NCBI GenBank assembly: GCA_009914755.4
Contig: CP086569.2
Span: forward strand, 61,984,001 to 62,048,000
DNA: 64,000 nucleotides
Source of the DNA: the human T2T-CHM13v2.0 reference genome, Homo sapiens
Direction: 5' to 3'
Position 1 is the first letter of the stretch, and each line of letters starts with the position of its first letter. This document shows, piece by piece, positions 30,401-48,131 of the stretch. Both the position numbers and the translations under genes were made by a program. The notes beneath the pieces were generated by a model. It made no database searches. It worked only from the letters and a program-made list of their open reading frames with translations, and was not told where the DNA came from.

Positions 30401-33400
30401 CGATATAAATATGTAATTATATTTATCATTATTTATATTACATATAATTATATAATCATATATAATAATTTGTATTATTAAAATAATTATATCATTACAT
30501 AAATTATAGTATATATAAATTATAATATGTGATAAATAATATATATCATATATCATATTTGATATAGTATATATGTTATATATCATATTATATATCAATT
30601 TATGTTATGTTATCTATAATTATATATTTTCATATATAAGATGTATAATATGAATTATATATTATATATGTTATGAAATATATATAATATATATAATATG
30701 ACACAGGATAAATGTTCTATATTATGACATATGATATATATGCGGTTATAGATTACGTATAAAGCATATTACATAACATATGATATATATCATATATACT
30801 TTTTATTTAGACAGAGTCTTGTCCTGTTGCACAGGGTGGAGTACAATGGCGCCATCTTTGCTCACTGCAACATCTGCCTCACGGGTTCAAGCGATTGTGC
30901 CCCCTCAGCCTCCCAGGTAGCTGGGAGTACACCACACTGGGGCTACACCAGCTGCCACCATGCCTAGATAATGTTTTGGATTTTTGGTAGTGACAGCGTT
31001 TCACTGTATTGGCCAGGATGGTCTTGATCTCTTCACCTTGTGATCCCCTTGCCTTGCCCTCCAAATTTGCTGGGATTACAGGCCTGAGCCAAGATACATA
31101 TTTTATAAATGAAAAAATATTTCAAAGGTACTCTGCTTGGTACAAAAATTAAATATATAAACTGAGGGATAAAACATAACCATGGAACATATTTATAACT
31201 GTATATGGAAAATACAGAGGATAATGTTTTAAATAACATATTTTCAAAGCATTAACTAGTAATTTGAAGAGTTGGCATTTGAAAGGGCAGTATGAATATA
31301 CCTTCAAAGCAGCAACACAGTTTCCCCATGAGAAAAATCAAACTCAGGGAAAATGAAACCACAAAGTTTCACTCTGTTCTGACTATTGAAAAACACAGCA
31401 CAGACAGTGGCCCTTAGGACCAAGAGGAGGAGGTCCCTAATCCCGTCACCATGGCGATAGGGCATAAACATTGCAGGGTGAGGACACAATCCACATTGTG
31501 AGGTCCAACTGCTGCCAGGAAGACAGGAGTGCTTTTACATAGACCCAAAGGTCATTGAAGGCTCAGTGTTTTCTTTCAAAAACTGAATCCCAAGCCCGCA
31601 CATTATTATGCTGCGTTTCTTAAAACAAGTTATGAGATGGGAAATAGGGCACCCACAAATACATCTATACATTATGTATATAATAATACGTAGAATCCTA
31701 TATGTAATATATGTAACATGTATATAATACTGTTTTACACCCTGCATCTTATATTATATAGATTATATGTATTATAATAACTGATAATGTTTAAGTATTG
31801 TATTTATACACTGTGACATATAATAATTATATTTTATGAGATATATAATATATATTATATATCATATATAGAATATATTATATGGTTAATATACGTATTA
31901 AATATATATTATTCATTATATATATTATATATATCTACGTTATATATAACATTCATTATAGATAATATATATCTTATATCTGGCTTATATATAATATAAA
32001 ATAACATATAATAATATATAATTGTATATATAAAATATGACATATAATATATATTATATTTTATGACACATATATGATATATACTATATATTATATATAA
32101 TACGTTGTATGTATAATACATATACTAAATATATATTATATGTCTATGTTATTAATTCTATGTAATATATGTTATATATTACATATTTTACATAGAATAC
32201 ACGTTACATAGAATATATACGATGTTACATATAACGTAGAGTTTATTATATGTAATAAAATGTATGTCATATATTTTATATACTTTATAATGTACAATAT
32301 GTGGAATGTGATATATATAACATGTAATATATGATATATGATATACAATATATGATATATAACATACAATATATGATACATAATATATATGGTATGCAAT
32401 ATATATTTTATGATATATATTATATATGTTTTATATTATATTATATATAACTGTTTAAAATTATATATAACTGTATAATAATATACGTAAATATATAATA
32501 TAATATATATAACCATATATTATGTTATATATAATTTTATTACATACTTTCCATAATATATCATAATATAATATATATTATATTATATTATTTTATATTA
32601 CATAATATATATTATATATCACAGAATATATGTTACATACATAATATTGAAATATATATTATATTATGATATATTAAATATCATATATATTATGTATCCT
32701 ATATTCTATAATATATATTATATATTATATAATATGTAGGGTGTTTATTATATAATACATATAATTATATATATATTTATGGTATACATATAACGATATA
32801 AATATGTAATTATATTTATCATTATTTATATTACATATAATTATACAATCATATAGAATAATTTATATTATATAAATAATTATATCATTATATAAATAAT
32901 AATATATATAAATTATAATATGTGATATATAATATATATTATATATCATATATGATATAGTATATATGTTATATATCATATTATATATCAATTTATGTTA
33001 TGTTATCTATAATTATATATTTTCATATATAAGATGTATAATATGAATTATATATTATATATGTTATGAAATATATATAATATATACAATATGACATAGG
33101 ATAAATGTTATATATTATTACATGTGATATATATGCGGTTATATATTACGTATAAAGCATATTACATAACATATGTTATATATCATATATACTTTTTATT
33201 TAGACAGAGTCTTGTCCTGTTTCACAGGGTGAAGTACAATGGCGCCATCTTTGCTCACTGCAACATCTGCCTCACGGGTTCAAGCGATTGGGCCCCCTCA
33301 GCCTCCCAGGAAGCTGGGAGTACACCACACTGGGGCTTCACCAGCTGCCACCATGCCTAGATAATGTTTTGGATTTTTAGTAGTGACAGCGTTTCACTGT

Positions 33401-36400
33401 ATTGGCCAGGATGGTCTTGATCTCTTCACCTTGTGATCCCCTTGTCTTGCACTCCAAATTTCCTGGGATTACACGCCTGAGCCAAGATACATATTTTCTA
33501 AATGAAAAAAAATTTCAAAGGTACTCTGCTTGGTACAAAAATCAAATATATAAACTGAGGGATAAAACATAACCATGGAACATATTTATAACTGCATATG
33601 AAAAATACAGAGGATAATTTTTTAAATAATATATTTTGAAAGCATTAACTAGTAATTTGAAGAGTTGGCATTTGAAAGGCCAGTATGAATATACCTTCAA
33701 AGCAGCAACACAGTTTCCCCATGAGAAAAATCAAACTCAGGGAAAATAAAACCACAAAGGTTCACTCTGTTCTGACCATTGAAAAACACAGCACAGACAG
33801 TGGCCCTTAGGACCAAGAGGAGGAGATCCCTAATCCCGTCACCATGGCGATAGGGCATAAACATTGCAGGGTGAAGGCACAATCCACATTGTGAGGTCCA
33901 ACTGCTGCCAGGAAGACAGGAGTGCTTTTACACAGACACAAAGGTCATTGAAGGCTCAGTGTTTTGTTTCAAAAACTGAATCCCAAGCACACACATTACT
34001 ATGCTGCGCTTCTTAAAACAAGTTATGAGATGGGAAATAGGGCACCCACAAATATATCTATACATTATGTATATAATAATATATAGAATCATATATATAA
34101 TATATGTAACATATATATATAATACTGTTTTACACCCTGCATCTTATATTATATATCTTATGTGTATTATAATAACTGATAAAGTATAAGTATTATATTT
34201 ATAAACTATGACATATAATAATTATATTTTATGACATATATAATATATATTATATACCATATATAGAATATATTATATGGTTAATACACGTATTAAATAT
34301 ATATTATTCATTATATATATTATATGTATCTACGTTATATATAACATTCATTATAGATAATATATATCTTATATCTGGCTTATATATAATATAAAATAAC
34401 ATATAATAATATATAATTGTATATATAAAATATGACATATAATATATATTATATTTTATGACACATATATGATATATATTATATATTATATATAATACGT
34501 TGTATGTATAATACATATATTAAATATATATTATATATCTATGTTATTAATTCTATGTAATATATGTTATATATTACATATTTTACATAGAATACACATG
34601 TTACATAGAATATATACTATGTTACATATAACGTAGAGTTTATTATATGTAATAAAATGTATGTCATATATTTTATATAATTTATAATGTACAATATGTG
34701 GAATGTGATATATATAACATGTAATATATGATATATGATATACAATATATGATATATAACATACAATATATGATACATAATATATATGGTATGCAATATA
34801 TATTTTATGATATATATTATATATGTTTTATATTATATTATATATAACTGTTTAAAATTATATATAACTCTATAATATTATACGTAAATATATAATATAA
34901 TATATATAACCATATATTGTTATATATAATTTTATTACATACTTTCCATAATATATCATAATATAATATATATTATATTATATTATTTTATATTACATAA
35001 TATATATTATATATCACATAATATATGTTACATACATAATATTGAAATATATATTATATTATCATATATTAAATATCATATATATTATGTATCCTATATT
35101 CTATAACATATATTATATATTATATAATATGTTGGATGTCTATTATATGATACACATAATTATATATATATTTATGGTATACATATAACGATATAAATAT
35201 GTAATTATATTTATCATTATTTATATTACAAATAATTATATAATCATATATAATATTTTATATTATATAAATAATTATATCATTATATAAATTATAGTAT
35301 ATATAAATTATAATATGTGATAAATAATATATATTGTATATCATATATGATACAGTATATATGTTATATATCATATTATATATCAATTTATGTTATGTTA
35401 TCAATAATTATATATTTTCATATATAAGATGTATAATGTGAATTATATATTATATATATTATGAAATATATATAACATATATAATATGACATAGTATAAA
35501 TGTTATATATTATGACATATAATATCTATGCGGTTATATATTACATATAAAGCATATTACATAACATATAATATACATCATATATAATTTTTATTTAGAC
35601 AGAGTCTCGTTCTGTTGCACAGGGTGGAGTACAATGGCGCCATCTTTGCTCACTGCAACATCTGCCTCACCGGTACAAGCGATTGTGCCCCCTCAGCCTC
35701 CCAGGTAGCTGGGAGTACACCACACTGGGGCTACACCAGCTGCCACCATGCCTAGATAATGTTTTGGATTCTTAGTAGTGACAGCGTTTCACTGTATTGG
35801 CCAGGATGGTCTAGATGTCTTCACCTTGTGATCCCCTTGCCTTGCCCTCCAAATTTGCTGGGATTACACACCTGAGCCAAGATACATATTTTTTAAATGA
35901 AAAAAAATTTCAAAGGTACTCTGCTTGGTACAATAATCAAGTATATAAACTGAGGGATAAAACATAACCATGGAACATATTTATAATTTTATATGGAAAA
36001 TACAGAGGATAATTTTTTAAATAACATATTTTCAAAGCATTAACTAGTAATTTGAAGAGTTGGCATTTGAAAGGCCAGCATGAATATACCTTGAAAGCAG
36101 CAACACAGGTTCCCCATGAGAAAAATCAAACTCAGGGAAAATAAAACCACAAAGGTTCACTCTGTTCTGACCTTTGAAAAACACAGCACAGACAGTGGCC
36201 CTTAGGTCCAAGAGGAGGAGATCCCTAATCCCGTCACCATGGCGATAGGGCATAAACATTGCAGGGTGAGGGCACAATCCACATTGTGAGGTCCAACTGC
36301 TGCCAGGAAGACAGGAGTGCTTTTACATAGACCCAAAGGTCATTGAAGGCTCAGTGTTTTCTTTCAAAAACTGAATCCCAAGCCCACATATTATTATGCT

Positions 36401-39400
36401 GGGCTTCTTAAAAAAGTTATGAGATGGGAAATAGGGCACCCACAGATATATCTATACATTATGTATATAATAATATAAAGAATCATATATATAATATATG
36501 TAACATATATATAATACTGTTCTACATCCTGCATATTATATTGTATATATTATATGTATTATAATAACTGATAATGTATAAGTATTATATTTACACACTA
36601 TGACATATAATAATTATATTTTATGACATATATAATATATATTATGTATCATACATAGATTATATTATATGGTTATTATACGTATAAAATATATAATATT
36701 CATTATAAATATTATATATATCTACGTTATATATAACATTCATTATAGATAATATATATATTATATCTAGCTTATATATATTATAAAATAACATATAATA
36801 ATATATAATTGTATATATAAATTAAGACATAGTATATTATATTTTATGACACATATATGATATATATTGTATATTATATATAATACGTTGTATGTATAAT
36901 ACATATATTAAATATATATTATATGTCTATGTTATTAATTATATGTAATATATGTTATATATTACATATTTTACATAGAATACACATGTTACGTAGAATA
37001 TATACTATGTTACATATAACGTAGAATTTCTTATATGTAATATAATGTATGTCATATATTATATATACTTTATAATATACAATATGTGGAATGTGATATA
37101 TATAACATGTAATATATGATATATCATATACAATATATGATATATAACATACAATATATGATACATAATATATATGGTATGCAATATATATTTTATGATA
37201 TATATTATATACGTTTTATATTACATTATATATAACTATTTAAAATTATATATAAGTGTATAATGTACGTAAATATATAATATAATATATAACCATATAT
37301 TATGTTATTTATAATTTTATTACATACTTTCCATAATATATCATAATATAATATATATTATATTATATTATTTCATATTACATAATATATACTATATATC
37401 GCAAAATATATGTTACATACATAATATAGAAATATATATTATAATATGATATATTAAATATATATATTATGTATGCTATACTGTATAATATATATTATAT
37501 ATTACATAATATGTAGGGTGTCTATTATATGATACATATAATTTTATATATAGTTATTTTATACATATAATGAAATAAATATGTAATTATATTTATCATT
37601 ATTTATATTACATATAATTATTTAATCATATATAATATTTTATATTATATAAATAATTATATCATTATATAAATTATAGTATATATAAATTATAATATGT
37701 GATAAATACTATATATTATATATCATATAAGATACAGTATATATGTCATATATCATATTATATATCAATTTATGTTATGTTATCTATAATTATATTTTCA
37801 TATATAAGATGTATAATATGAATTATATACTATATATATTATGAAATATATATAATATATATAATATGACATAGGATAAATGTTATATATTATGACATAT
37901 AATATCTATGCGGTTATATATAACATATAAATCATATTACATAACATATAATATATATCATATATAATTTTTTTTTAGACAGAGTCTCGTTCTGTTGCAC
38001 AGGGTGGAGTACAATGGCGCCATCTTTGCTCACTGCAACATCTGCCTCACGGGATCAAGCGATTGTGCCCCCTCAGCCTCCCAGGTAGCTGGGAGTACAC
38101 CACACTGGGGCTACACCAGCTGCCACCATGCCTAGCTAATCTTTTGTATTTTTAGTAGTGACAGCGTTTCACTGTATTGGCCAGGATGGTCTTGATCTCT
38201 TCACCTTGTGATCCCGTTTCCTTGGCCTCCAAATTTGCTGGGATTCCAGGCCTGAGCCAAGATACATATTTTTGAAATGAAAAAAAATTTCAAAGTTACT
38301 CTGCTTGGTACAATAATCAAATATATAAACTGAGGAATAAAACATAACCATGGAACATATTTATAGCTGCATATGGAAAATACAGAGGATAATTTTTTAA
38401 ATAACATATTTTGAAAGCATTATCTAGTAATTTGAAGAGTTGACATTTGAAAGGCCAGTATGAATATAACTTCAAAGCAGCAACACAGGTTCCCCATGAG
38501 AAAAATCCAACTCAGGGAAAATAAAACCACAAAGGTTCACTCTGCTCTGACCTTTGAAAAACACAGCACAGACAGTGGCCCTTAGGACCAAGAGCAGCAG
38601 ATCCCTAATCCCGTCAGCATGGCGATAGGGCATAAACATTGCAGGGTGAGGGCACAATCCACATTGTGAGGTCCAACTGCTGCCAGGAAGACAGGAGTGC
38701 TTATACATAGACCCAAAGGTCATTGAACGCTCAGTGTTTAGTTTTAAAAACTGAATCCGAAGCCCACACATTATTATGCTGCGCTTCTTAAAACAAGTTA
38801 TGAGATGGGAAATAGGGCACCCACTAATATATCTATACATTATGTATATAATAATATATAGAATCATATATATAATATATGTAACATATATATAAAATAC
38901 TGTGTTACATCCTGCATCTTATATTATATATATTATATGTAATATACTAACTGATAATATATAAGTATTCTATTTATACACTATGACATTTAATAATTAT
39001 ATTTTATGACATATATAATATATATTATATATCATATATAGAATATATTATATGGTTAATATACGTATTAAATATATAATATACATTATATATATTATAT
39101 ATATTATATCTACGGCATATATAACATTCATGATAGATAATATATATATTATATCCAGCTTAAATATAATATAAAATAACAAATAATAATATATAACTGT
39201 ATATGTAAAATATGACATATAATATATATTTTATTTTATGACACATATATGATATATATTATATGTTATATATAATACGTTGTATGTATAATACATATAT
39301 TAAATATATAGTATATGTCTATGTCAGTAATTATATGTAATATATGTTATATATTACATATTTTACATAGAATACACGTTACGTAGAATATATACTGTTA

Positions 39401-40356
39401 CATATAACGTAGAATATATTATATATAATATAATATATGTCATATATTATATATACTTTATAATATACAATATGTGGAATGTGATATATATAACATGTAA
39501 TATATGATATATGATATACAATATATGATATATAACATACAATATATGATACGTAATATATATGGTATACAATATATGTTTTATTATACATATTACATGT
39601 GTTTTATATTATATTATTCATAACTATTTAAAATTATATATAACCGTATAATATTATACGTAAATATATAATATAATATATATAACCATATATTATGTTA
39701 TAGATAATTTTATTACATACATTCCATAATATATCATAATATAATATATATTATATTATTTAACATTACATTATATATATTATATATCACGTAATATAAG
39801 TTACATACATAATATTGAAATATATATTATATTATGATATATTAAATATCGTATATATTATGTATCCTACATTGTATAATATATATTATATATTATATAA
39901 TATGTATGGTGTCTATTATATGATATATATAATTATATATATAATTATAGTATACATATAATGATATAAATATGTAATTATATTTATCATTATTTATATT
40001 ATATATAATTATATAATCATATATAATAATTTATATTATATAAATAATTATATCATTATATAAATTATAGTATATATAAATTATAATATGTAATAAATAA
40101 TATATAGTATATATCATATATGATATAGTATATGTTATATATCATATTATATATCAATTTATTTTGTGTTATCTATAATTATATATTTTCATATAGAAGA
40201 TGTATAATATGAATTATATATTATATATTATGAAATATATATCATATATATAATATGACATAGGATTAATGTTATATATTATGACTTATAATATATATGC
40301 GGTTATATATTACATATAAAACATATTACATAACATATAATATATATCATATATAA

Positions 40357-41784
40357 TTTTTTTTTAGACAGAGTCTTGTCCTGTTTCACAGGGTGGAGTA
40401 CAATGGCGCCATCTTTGCTCACTGCAACATCTGCCTCATGGGTTCAAGCGATTGTGCCCCGTCAGCCTCCCAGGTAGCTGGGAGTACACCACACTGGGAC
40501 TACACCAGCTGCCACCATGCCTAGCTATTTTTTTGTATTTTTAGTAGTGACAGCGTTTCACTGCATCGGCCAGGATGGTCTTGATCTCTTCACCTTGTGA
40601 TCCCCTTACCTTGGCCTCCAAATTGGTGGGATTACAGGCCTGAGCCAAGATACGTATTTTTTAAATGAAAACAAATTTCAAAGGTACTCTGCTTGGTACA
40701 ATAATCAAATATATAAACTGAGGAATAAAACATAACCATGGAACATATTTATAACTGCATATGGAAAATACAGAGGATAACTTTTTAAATAACATATTTT
40801 GAAAGCTTTAACTAGTAATTTGAAGAGTTGGCATTTGAAAGGCCAGTATGAATATACCTTCAAAGCAGCAACACAGGTTCCCCATGAGAAAAATCAAACT
40901 CAGGGAAAATAAAACCACAAAGGTTCACTCTGTTCTGACCTTTGAAAAACACAGCACAGACAGTGGCCCTTAGGACCAAAAGCAGGAGATTCCTAATCCC
41001 GTCACCATGGCGATAGGACATAAACATTGCAGGTTGAGGGCACAATCCACACTGTGAGGTCCTACTGCTGCCAGGAAGACAGGAGTGCTTTTACATAGAC
41101 CCAAAGGTCATTGAAGGCTCAGCGTTTTGTTTCAAAAACTGAATCCCAAGCCCACACATTATTATGCTGCGCTTCTTAAAACAAGTTATGAGATGGGAAA
41201 TAGGGCACCCACAGATATATCTATACATTATGTATATAATAATATATAGAATCATAGATATATGGAACATATATATATAATATTGTTTTACATCCTGCAT
41301 CTTATATTATATATATTATATGTATTATAATAATTGATAATATATAAGTATTATATTTATACAATATGACATATAATAATTATATTTTATGACATATATA
41401 ATATATATTATATATCATATATAGAATATATTATATGGTTAATATACGTATTAAATATATAATATACATTATATATATTATATATATTATATCTACATTA
41501 TATATAACATTCATTATAGATAATATATATATTATATCTAGTTTATATATAATATAAAATTACATATCATAATATATAATTGTATATATAAAATATGACC
41601 TATAATACATATTATATTTTATGACACATATATGATATATATTATATATAATACGTTGTATGTATAATACATATATTAAATATACATTATATGTCTATGT
41701 TATTAATTATATGTAATATATGTTATATATTACATATTTTACATAGAATACACATGTTACATAGAATATATACTATGTTACATG
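40357..41784 (-). repeat. Last 2.4-kb unit, truncated (Alu + unique segment + ~545 bp AT-rich), at the array end
   Basis: Homology to the preceding units ends at about 41783 (..tactatgttacat|gtaactctccactgatttatttggag). Confidence 0.75.
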
Positions 41785-44421
41785 TAACTCTCCACTGATT
41801 TATTTGGAGAAGGGACGTTCTCTTCTATCTTGATTGAACGTGACATTAGATGTGTTTTGCAAAATTACCTGTCCCAGATATTGGTCCCCCCTTTATTTCT
41901 GTGGCTGTATTTGAAACAGAATATTTCTCATTACTTGTAGCCTGAATGAGATTTGAAAACAAAATAATACGTAAAGTAGGTTTCATAGACTATACAGTTA
42001 ATAGTTCAACAGATAAATGAGACTTTAATTGCCTTCTCAGCTGGTTGTTTCTGAGAAGACACTGAAAAGCAAAAGGGTTACATAATCAATCATATGTAAA
42101 TATGATAATGTTATCCATACATTAATGGATGGATAGCATGTTAGCATCAAGTTTTATACTCCTGCCTGTATTACTGTAGGCTTTGATATTTTATACTTTG
42201 TTTCTTTGGACTAAACATGAAGGAAATACACTGAAGAAAATAGGAATACAGGCTTCAAGAAATATATACTGACAATTTCAAATGTGATATAACTTTCTCC
42301 ATATGTCTAAAACTAAAATAAAACCATGTCAATATCAATGTGGATATGCTGATTGTTGAGGACAAATGTGATCTAAAATCAGAGTCCAACTCATACACCT
42401 GGGAATCAACGTCAAAGCCGGTGATACATGCACCCGCGTGTCTTTCATGCAAGATATCAGAATGATTTGGAACATTTTACTGCAAACATTCATCATGCTC
42501 TTTAACTTGATCAATCAGTGAGAAGGTACACAATTATAATGACACTTTAGTTGAATGTACACTTCACATCTCTTCAGTGGAAGTGTCCTAACTTAATCAG
42601 CTTGGATATATGTTTGGTGAATTATAGTATGTAATGTTCATTATTTCTCACACCCATATGGTGTAATAATGTGCCTACATCTCTTGCATCTTCTAGTTTA
42701 GCCTTCCGAAATCTTCATCCACTCATGGCAACAAGGTATAATATATAAACTTCATCAAAAAGTATAATAAATTACCAAATTTGACATACTTATACAAAAT
42801 AAAATTGCTACAAGCATTAGATATGAATAAGCTTTTACATCTGGAAATCACGCCAATATTCCTTGAAAATAACCATTTGGGAGTCAAGTAATGAATTCAA
42901 CATTATTTTCACTTCTAAAATAGTCTGGTTAAATTATCATGTTATTCTCTAGAGAATTTTTATTAAGTTGCTATTTTATCCAATAGCTCCTTGAAAAACA
43001 AAGCCAATGTATGCATATTCACGTTTATCTCATTTGAATAACCAATATCAACAAAACATATACCTCTGGTGCCCAATAGTAACAAAGAAGAATAATGAGT
43101 TACTGTGGTTTATCCCAACTCTATCACTGTTTCCTGCTTCCAGTAGTTCCTGGAACAGCCAAAAATCAAATCATCCTTTATGCAAATATTCTGAATGCAT
43201 CTGAAGTGAGTTCACTTAATCTAAGAGTTATAATTTAAAAAATCATTTTGTTTATGCTCATGAAGACTCCTGATGTTTTTACATTTCCTGGATTCAGCAG
43301 TTCGGCCTTCTCACCGTCTCTTCGTCCACTTTTGCAAAAACATACACATCAGTGAAATAATGTGTAATCAGATTCCTATGAAAATAAACTAAACAAAGTT
43401 TCTAAATCACTAGAGACTTCTTTTCTTATAAATAACCAAACAATACGACATAATACATATATATACATATGTCATGATTGTCACCATTATTGGCAGTTAT
43501 CTGTTTAGTACTCTAAAAATGCATTCTTTGATTCCTTTTTTCTAAATCTAGTTTCACATGATATACCATAGGGGTCTCTCCGGTTCTTTTACAAAATAAC
43601 TACACCAGCAAACACAGCTTTCCAAAAAAGAAAAACTGATGTGAACGAAGCATGTATCATTGATATGCAAAACTTCTAGGGAGAAGAAATGAGATCCTGT
43701 GGGTCACCCTCATCCTTCTAACCTCTGCTTTCCATTAAGTGACTTCCCACAAATCTCCTCATCAGAAACCTCCAAATTACCTAGCTAGCTGCTTTCTTTG
43801 TTTACACCTGCCCAATTTGACATACACTCTTTTTCGTTCATAAATCTAATATCCATATTGGTGGACTTGATTCTTTGACCTCTACATTCGTTTCTTCATT
43901 ATTTTCACCACCACTGTAATGTGACATCTGTACAATCCTATTCTGACACATCTGAAGATAAGGTTTTGCTTTATTAAAATGTTAAATGTGACAAGACACT
44001 TGACTAACGTGTACAAATTCCTTCTTCACAAAAGCAGCCCCATGGCCTCCTATCTCCCATAGACACGTTCACAGCTGTTCTTAACTACCCATAACACCAC
44101 TATGTCTATGCTTTCCAGAGAAACAAGCTCTGAAATTTTATTGAATATAACCTATTTAAAAACTTCTTTAACTACAATGACGGTCTCTCCTTGATGCACC
44201 AAATCTTCAGAAATAACTTGTGAAGGCTTGAAAATATGTCAGTAATTGACATGAAAAATGAAGCTTGATGTAATTTTTTGCAGGTATAAAAAAGACAAGC
44301 TGAGATCCTTACTAGATCCAGGAAGAGCAAAGTACATTAGACAGGAAATAAATATGGAACAGAAACATTTTCATTTGTAATGAAAATTCCTCTATTTACA
44401 GTTTTCAAAAGAGAAGAAAAT

Positions 44422-44455
44422 ACACACACATACACACACACACACTCACACACAA
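44422..44455. repeat. (CA)n-like microsatellite, interrupted
   Basis: tacacacacatacacacacacacactcacacaca. Confidence 0.8.
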
Positions 44456-45328
44456 AAACCAGAGCAATATGGCTTTACAGGGTGTTTCTTCATCAAAGAC
44501 CTATTTGTCATTTGATATCTGGGAACACTCTATAGGGATCAACAAAGGGGTTCTAAATTGTGACCTGAGTAGTTTAGAGTTTAACATTCATGAAGGGGAG
44601 CCAAGAGGACAAGTAACACTTTGACCATTGGCCATTTCCACTCCTTACTGCTATTCTCTGAAAAGCACACACTGGATTTTCTCAGAGTTAGGACATGTCA
44701 AACAGACATGCTTTAAGGGGGAAACAGTTGCAATTAACACAGCCATGGGAGAGATACAGCTATGCTTGCTAGGATTTCCAATACTTCTGTTTCATTTCTA
44801 ATATAGTACAAATCAATAAAACCAACCACGTAAGCATATCCATGCTGGTATGTCATCATATTTAAGTCCATATGGTATCAGCATGAAGAGAGCATAATAT
44901 GCTGTAGTCATCACATGGCATATCATGAGATCATACAATAAATCAAGAAATACCTCACTGGGTCAAGGTGGATAGATCTGAAATATATATCACTGATTTT
45001 ACAAAGACCAAGTTGCATTCAATAAGTGCACTGCCTGAACTTTTCTACAAGTTTTTAATACACAAAATCAAGTTCTACAAGTTATCTATGAATGTGCACA
45101 TATGTTGTAAGAGGTTTTTAATGTGCATTTGGGTGATTTCTTTTTAATTAATTCAAGCTCTTGGTTACATGTTGGCAGTAAGCTTTAGTATTATAGAAAA
45201 CCCAAAACAGTAACAGGTCAGAATCACCGTCTTAAAAGGCTGTCTACCAAAGAGTCAGGAAAGCATGACTACTTACTTTCTTCATTTTTGAAACTCAGAC
45301 GTACCTCATTGCACACTTCCAAATAAAA

Positions 45329-46369
<1,041 letters not shown>

Positions 46370-46375
<6 letters not shown>

Positions 46376-47341
46376 TTATCAGAGTGAACAGGCAACCCAC
46401 AGAACAGGAGAAAATGTTTGCAATCTCTCCATCTGACAAAAGGCTAATATCCAGAATCTAAAAGGAACTTAAACAAATTTATGAGAAAAGAACAAACAAC
46501 CTCATCAAAAAGTGGGTGAAGGATATGCTCAAAAGAAGACATCTATTCAGCCAGTAAACATATGAAAAAAAGGCTCATCATCACTGAACATTAGAGAAAT
46601 GCAAATCAAAACCACAATGAGATACCATCTCACGCCAGTTAGAACGGTGATCATTAAAAAGTCAGGAAACAACAGATGCTGGAGAGGATGTGGAGAAATA
46701 GGAACACTTTTATATTGTTGGTGGGAGTGTCAATTATTTCAACCACTGTGGAAGACAGTGTGGTGATTCTTCAAGGATCTAGAACCAGAAATACTATTTG
46801 ACCCAGCAATCCCATTACTGAATACATACCCCAAAGATTAAAAATCATTCTACTCTAAAGACACATGCACATGTATGTATATTGCAGCACTATTCACAAT
46901 AGCAAAGACTTGGACCCAACCTGCATGCCCATCAGTGATAGGCTGGACAAAGAAAATGTGGCATATACACATCATGGAATACTATGCAGCCATAAAAAAG
47001 GATGAGTTCATGTCCTTTGCAAAGACATGGATGAAGCCTGAAACCATCATTCTCAGCAAACTAACACAGGAAAAGAAAACCAAACGCCACATTTTCTCAC
47101 TCGTAAGTGGGAGTTGAACAAAGAGAACACATGGACACAGGGAGGGGAACATCACACACCGGGGCCTGTCAGGGGGTTGGGGTCCTAGGGGAGGGATAGT
47201 ATTAGTAGAAATACCTAATGTAGCTGATGGGTTGATGGGTACAGTAAACCACGATGGCACATGTATGCCTATGTAAAAAACCTGCATGTTCTTCACATGT
47301 ATCCCTGAACTTATGGTATAATACAAAACAAACAAACCAAC
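46370..47341 (+). mobile_element. L1 3' portion in sense orientation (end of ORF2, 3'UTR and degenerate A-rich tail)
   Basis: Starts at ..taccattatcagagtgaacaggcaacc, which in L1 lies ~15 nt downstream of where the inverted segment ends. Track ORF 46875-47117(+) is ..IAALFTIAKTWTQPACPSVIGWTKKMWHIHIMEYYAAIKKDEFMSFAKTWMKPETIILSKLTQEKKTKRHIFSLVSG, the ORF2p C-terminus. The tail is atacaaaacaaacaaaccaac. Confidence 0.9.
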
Positions 47342-47927
47342 ATTAATTCAGGTTGTTGGTTACCTGTAGGCAATGAATTGTAGTAGTAGAAAAGATTCTA
47401 AGGCTAAAACAGCTCAGAATCATTGCTTTAAAACCCTGTATCTACCAAAGAGTCACCAAAAAATGATTAATGACTTTATTCATTTTCCAGAATCAGAGGT
47501 ATCACACACACCCAAACTCACAAACAAAAGCACACACGCACATACACATGCAGAAATTCAAAAGCTGGTAATCAGAGCATGTGACTGGGTGAGGATTTGA
47601 AGGTTCTCAGTGTGGCAACACCGACATAAAGAAGTTGAAGTTCTAACACAATTGTAATGTCAGCTGGTATAGCTTTTCTCTAGGTAAAGGACAGTATTGC
47701 AACCAGAAATTGAAACACTGAAAAATATTTATAGTTTCAAAATTCACCTCCTTGAACCCCTAACATGCATACAAATTCCACATTGGATATTTATCACAAC
47801 CTAAAAGGAAAAGCATCGGAGCTAGAGCTCACATTTTAAACATTTCTTTTCCTTGTTCTTCTAAATATCATTTTATAATCATAGACACTAACAACAGCAT
47901 CAGCATCATTTAGATCAAATCCTTCTA

Positions 47928-48131
<204 letters not shown>

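Noticed and set aside
24437-34189. Apparent dimeric (~4.78 kb) higher-order periodicity suggested by ORFs recurring at 24437, 29211 and 34001
   Set aside because: The intervening units carry the same sequence with single point changes that happen to introduce stops. Subvariants alternate irregularly (A B A A B), so a strict 2-unit HOR is not supported.
46982-47335. 117-aa ORF on the - strand overlapping the L1 3' end
   Set aside because: It is antisense to the L1 ORF2 C-terminus and 3'UTR, a chance ORF within a retroelement. No homology was recognised.
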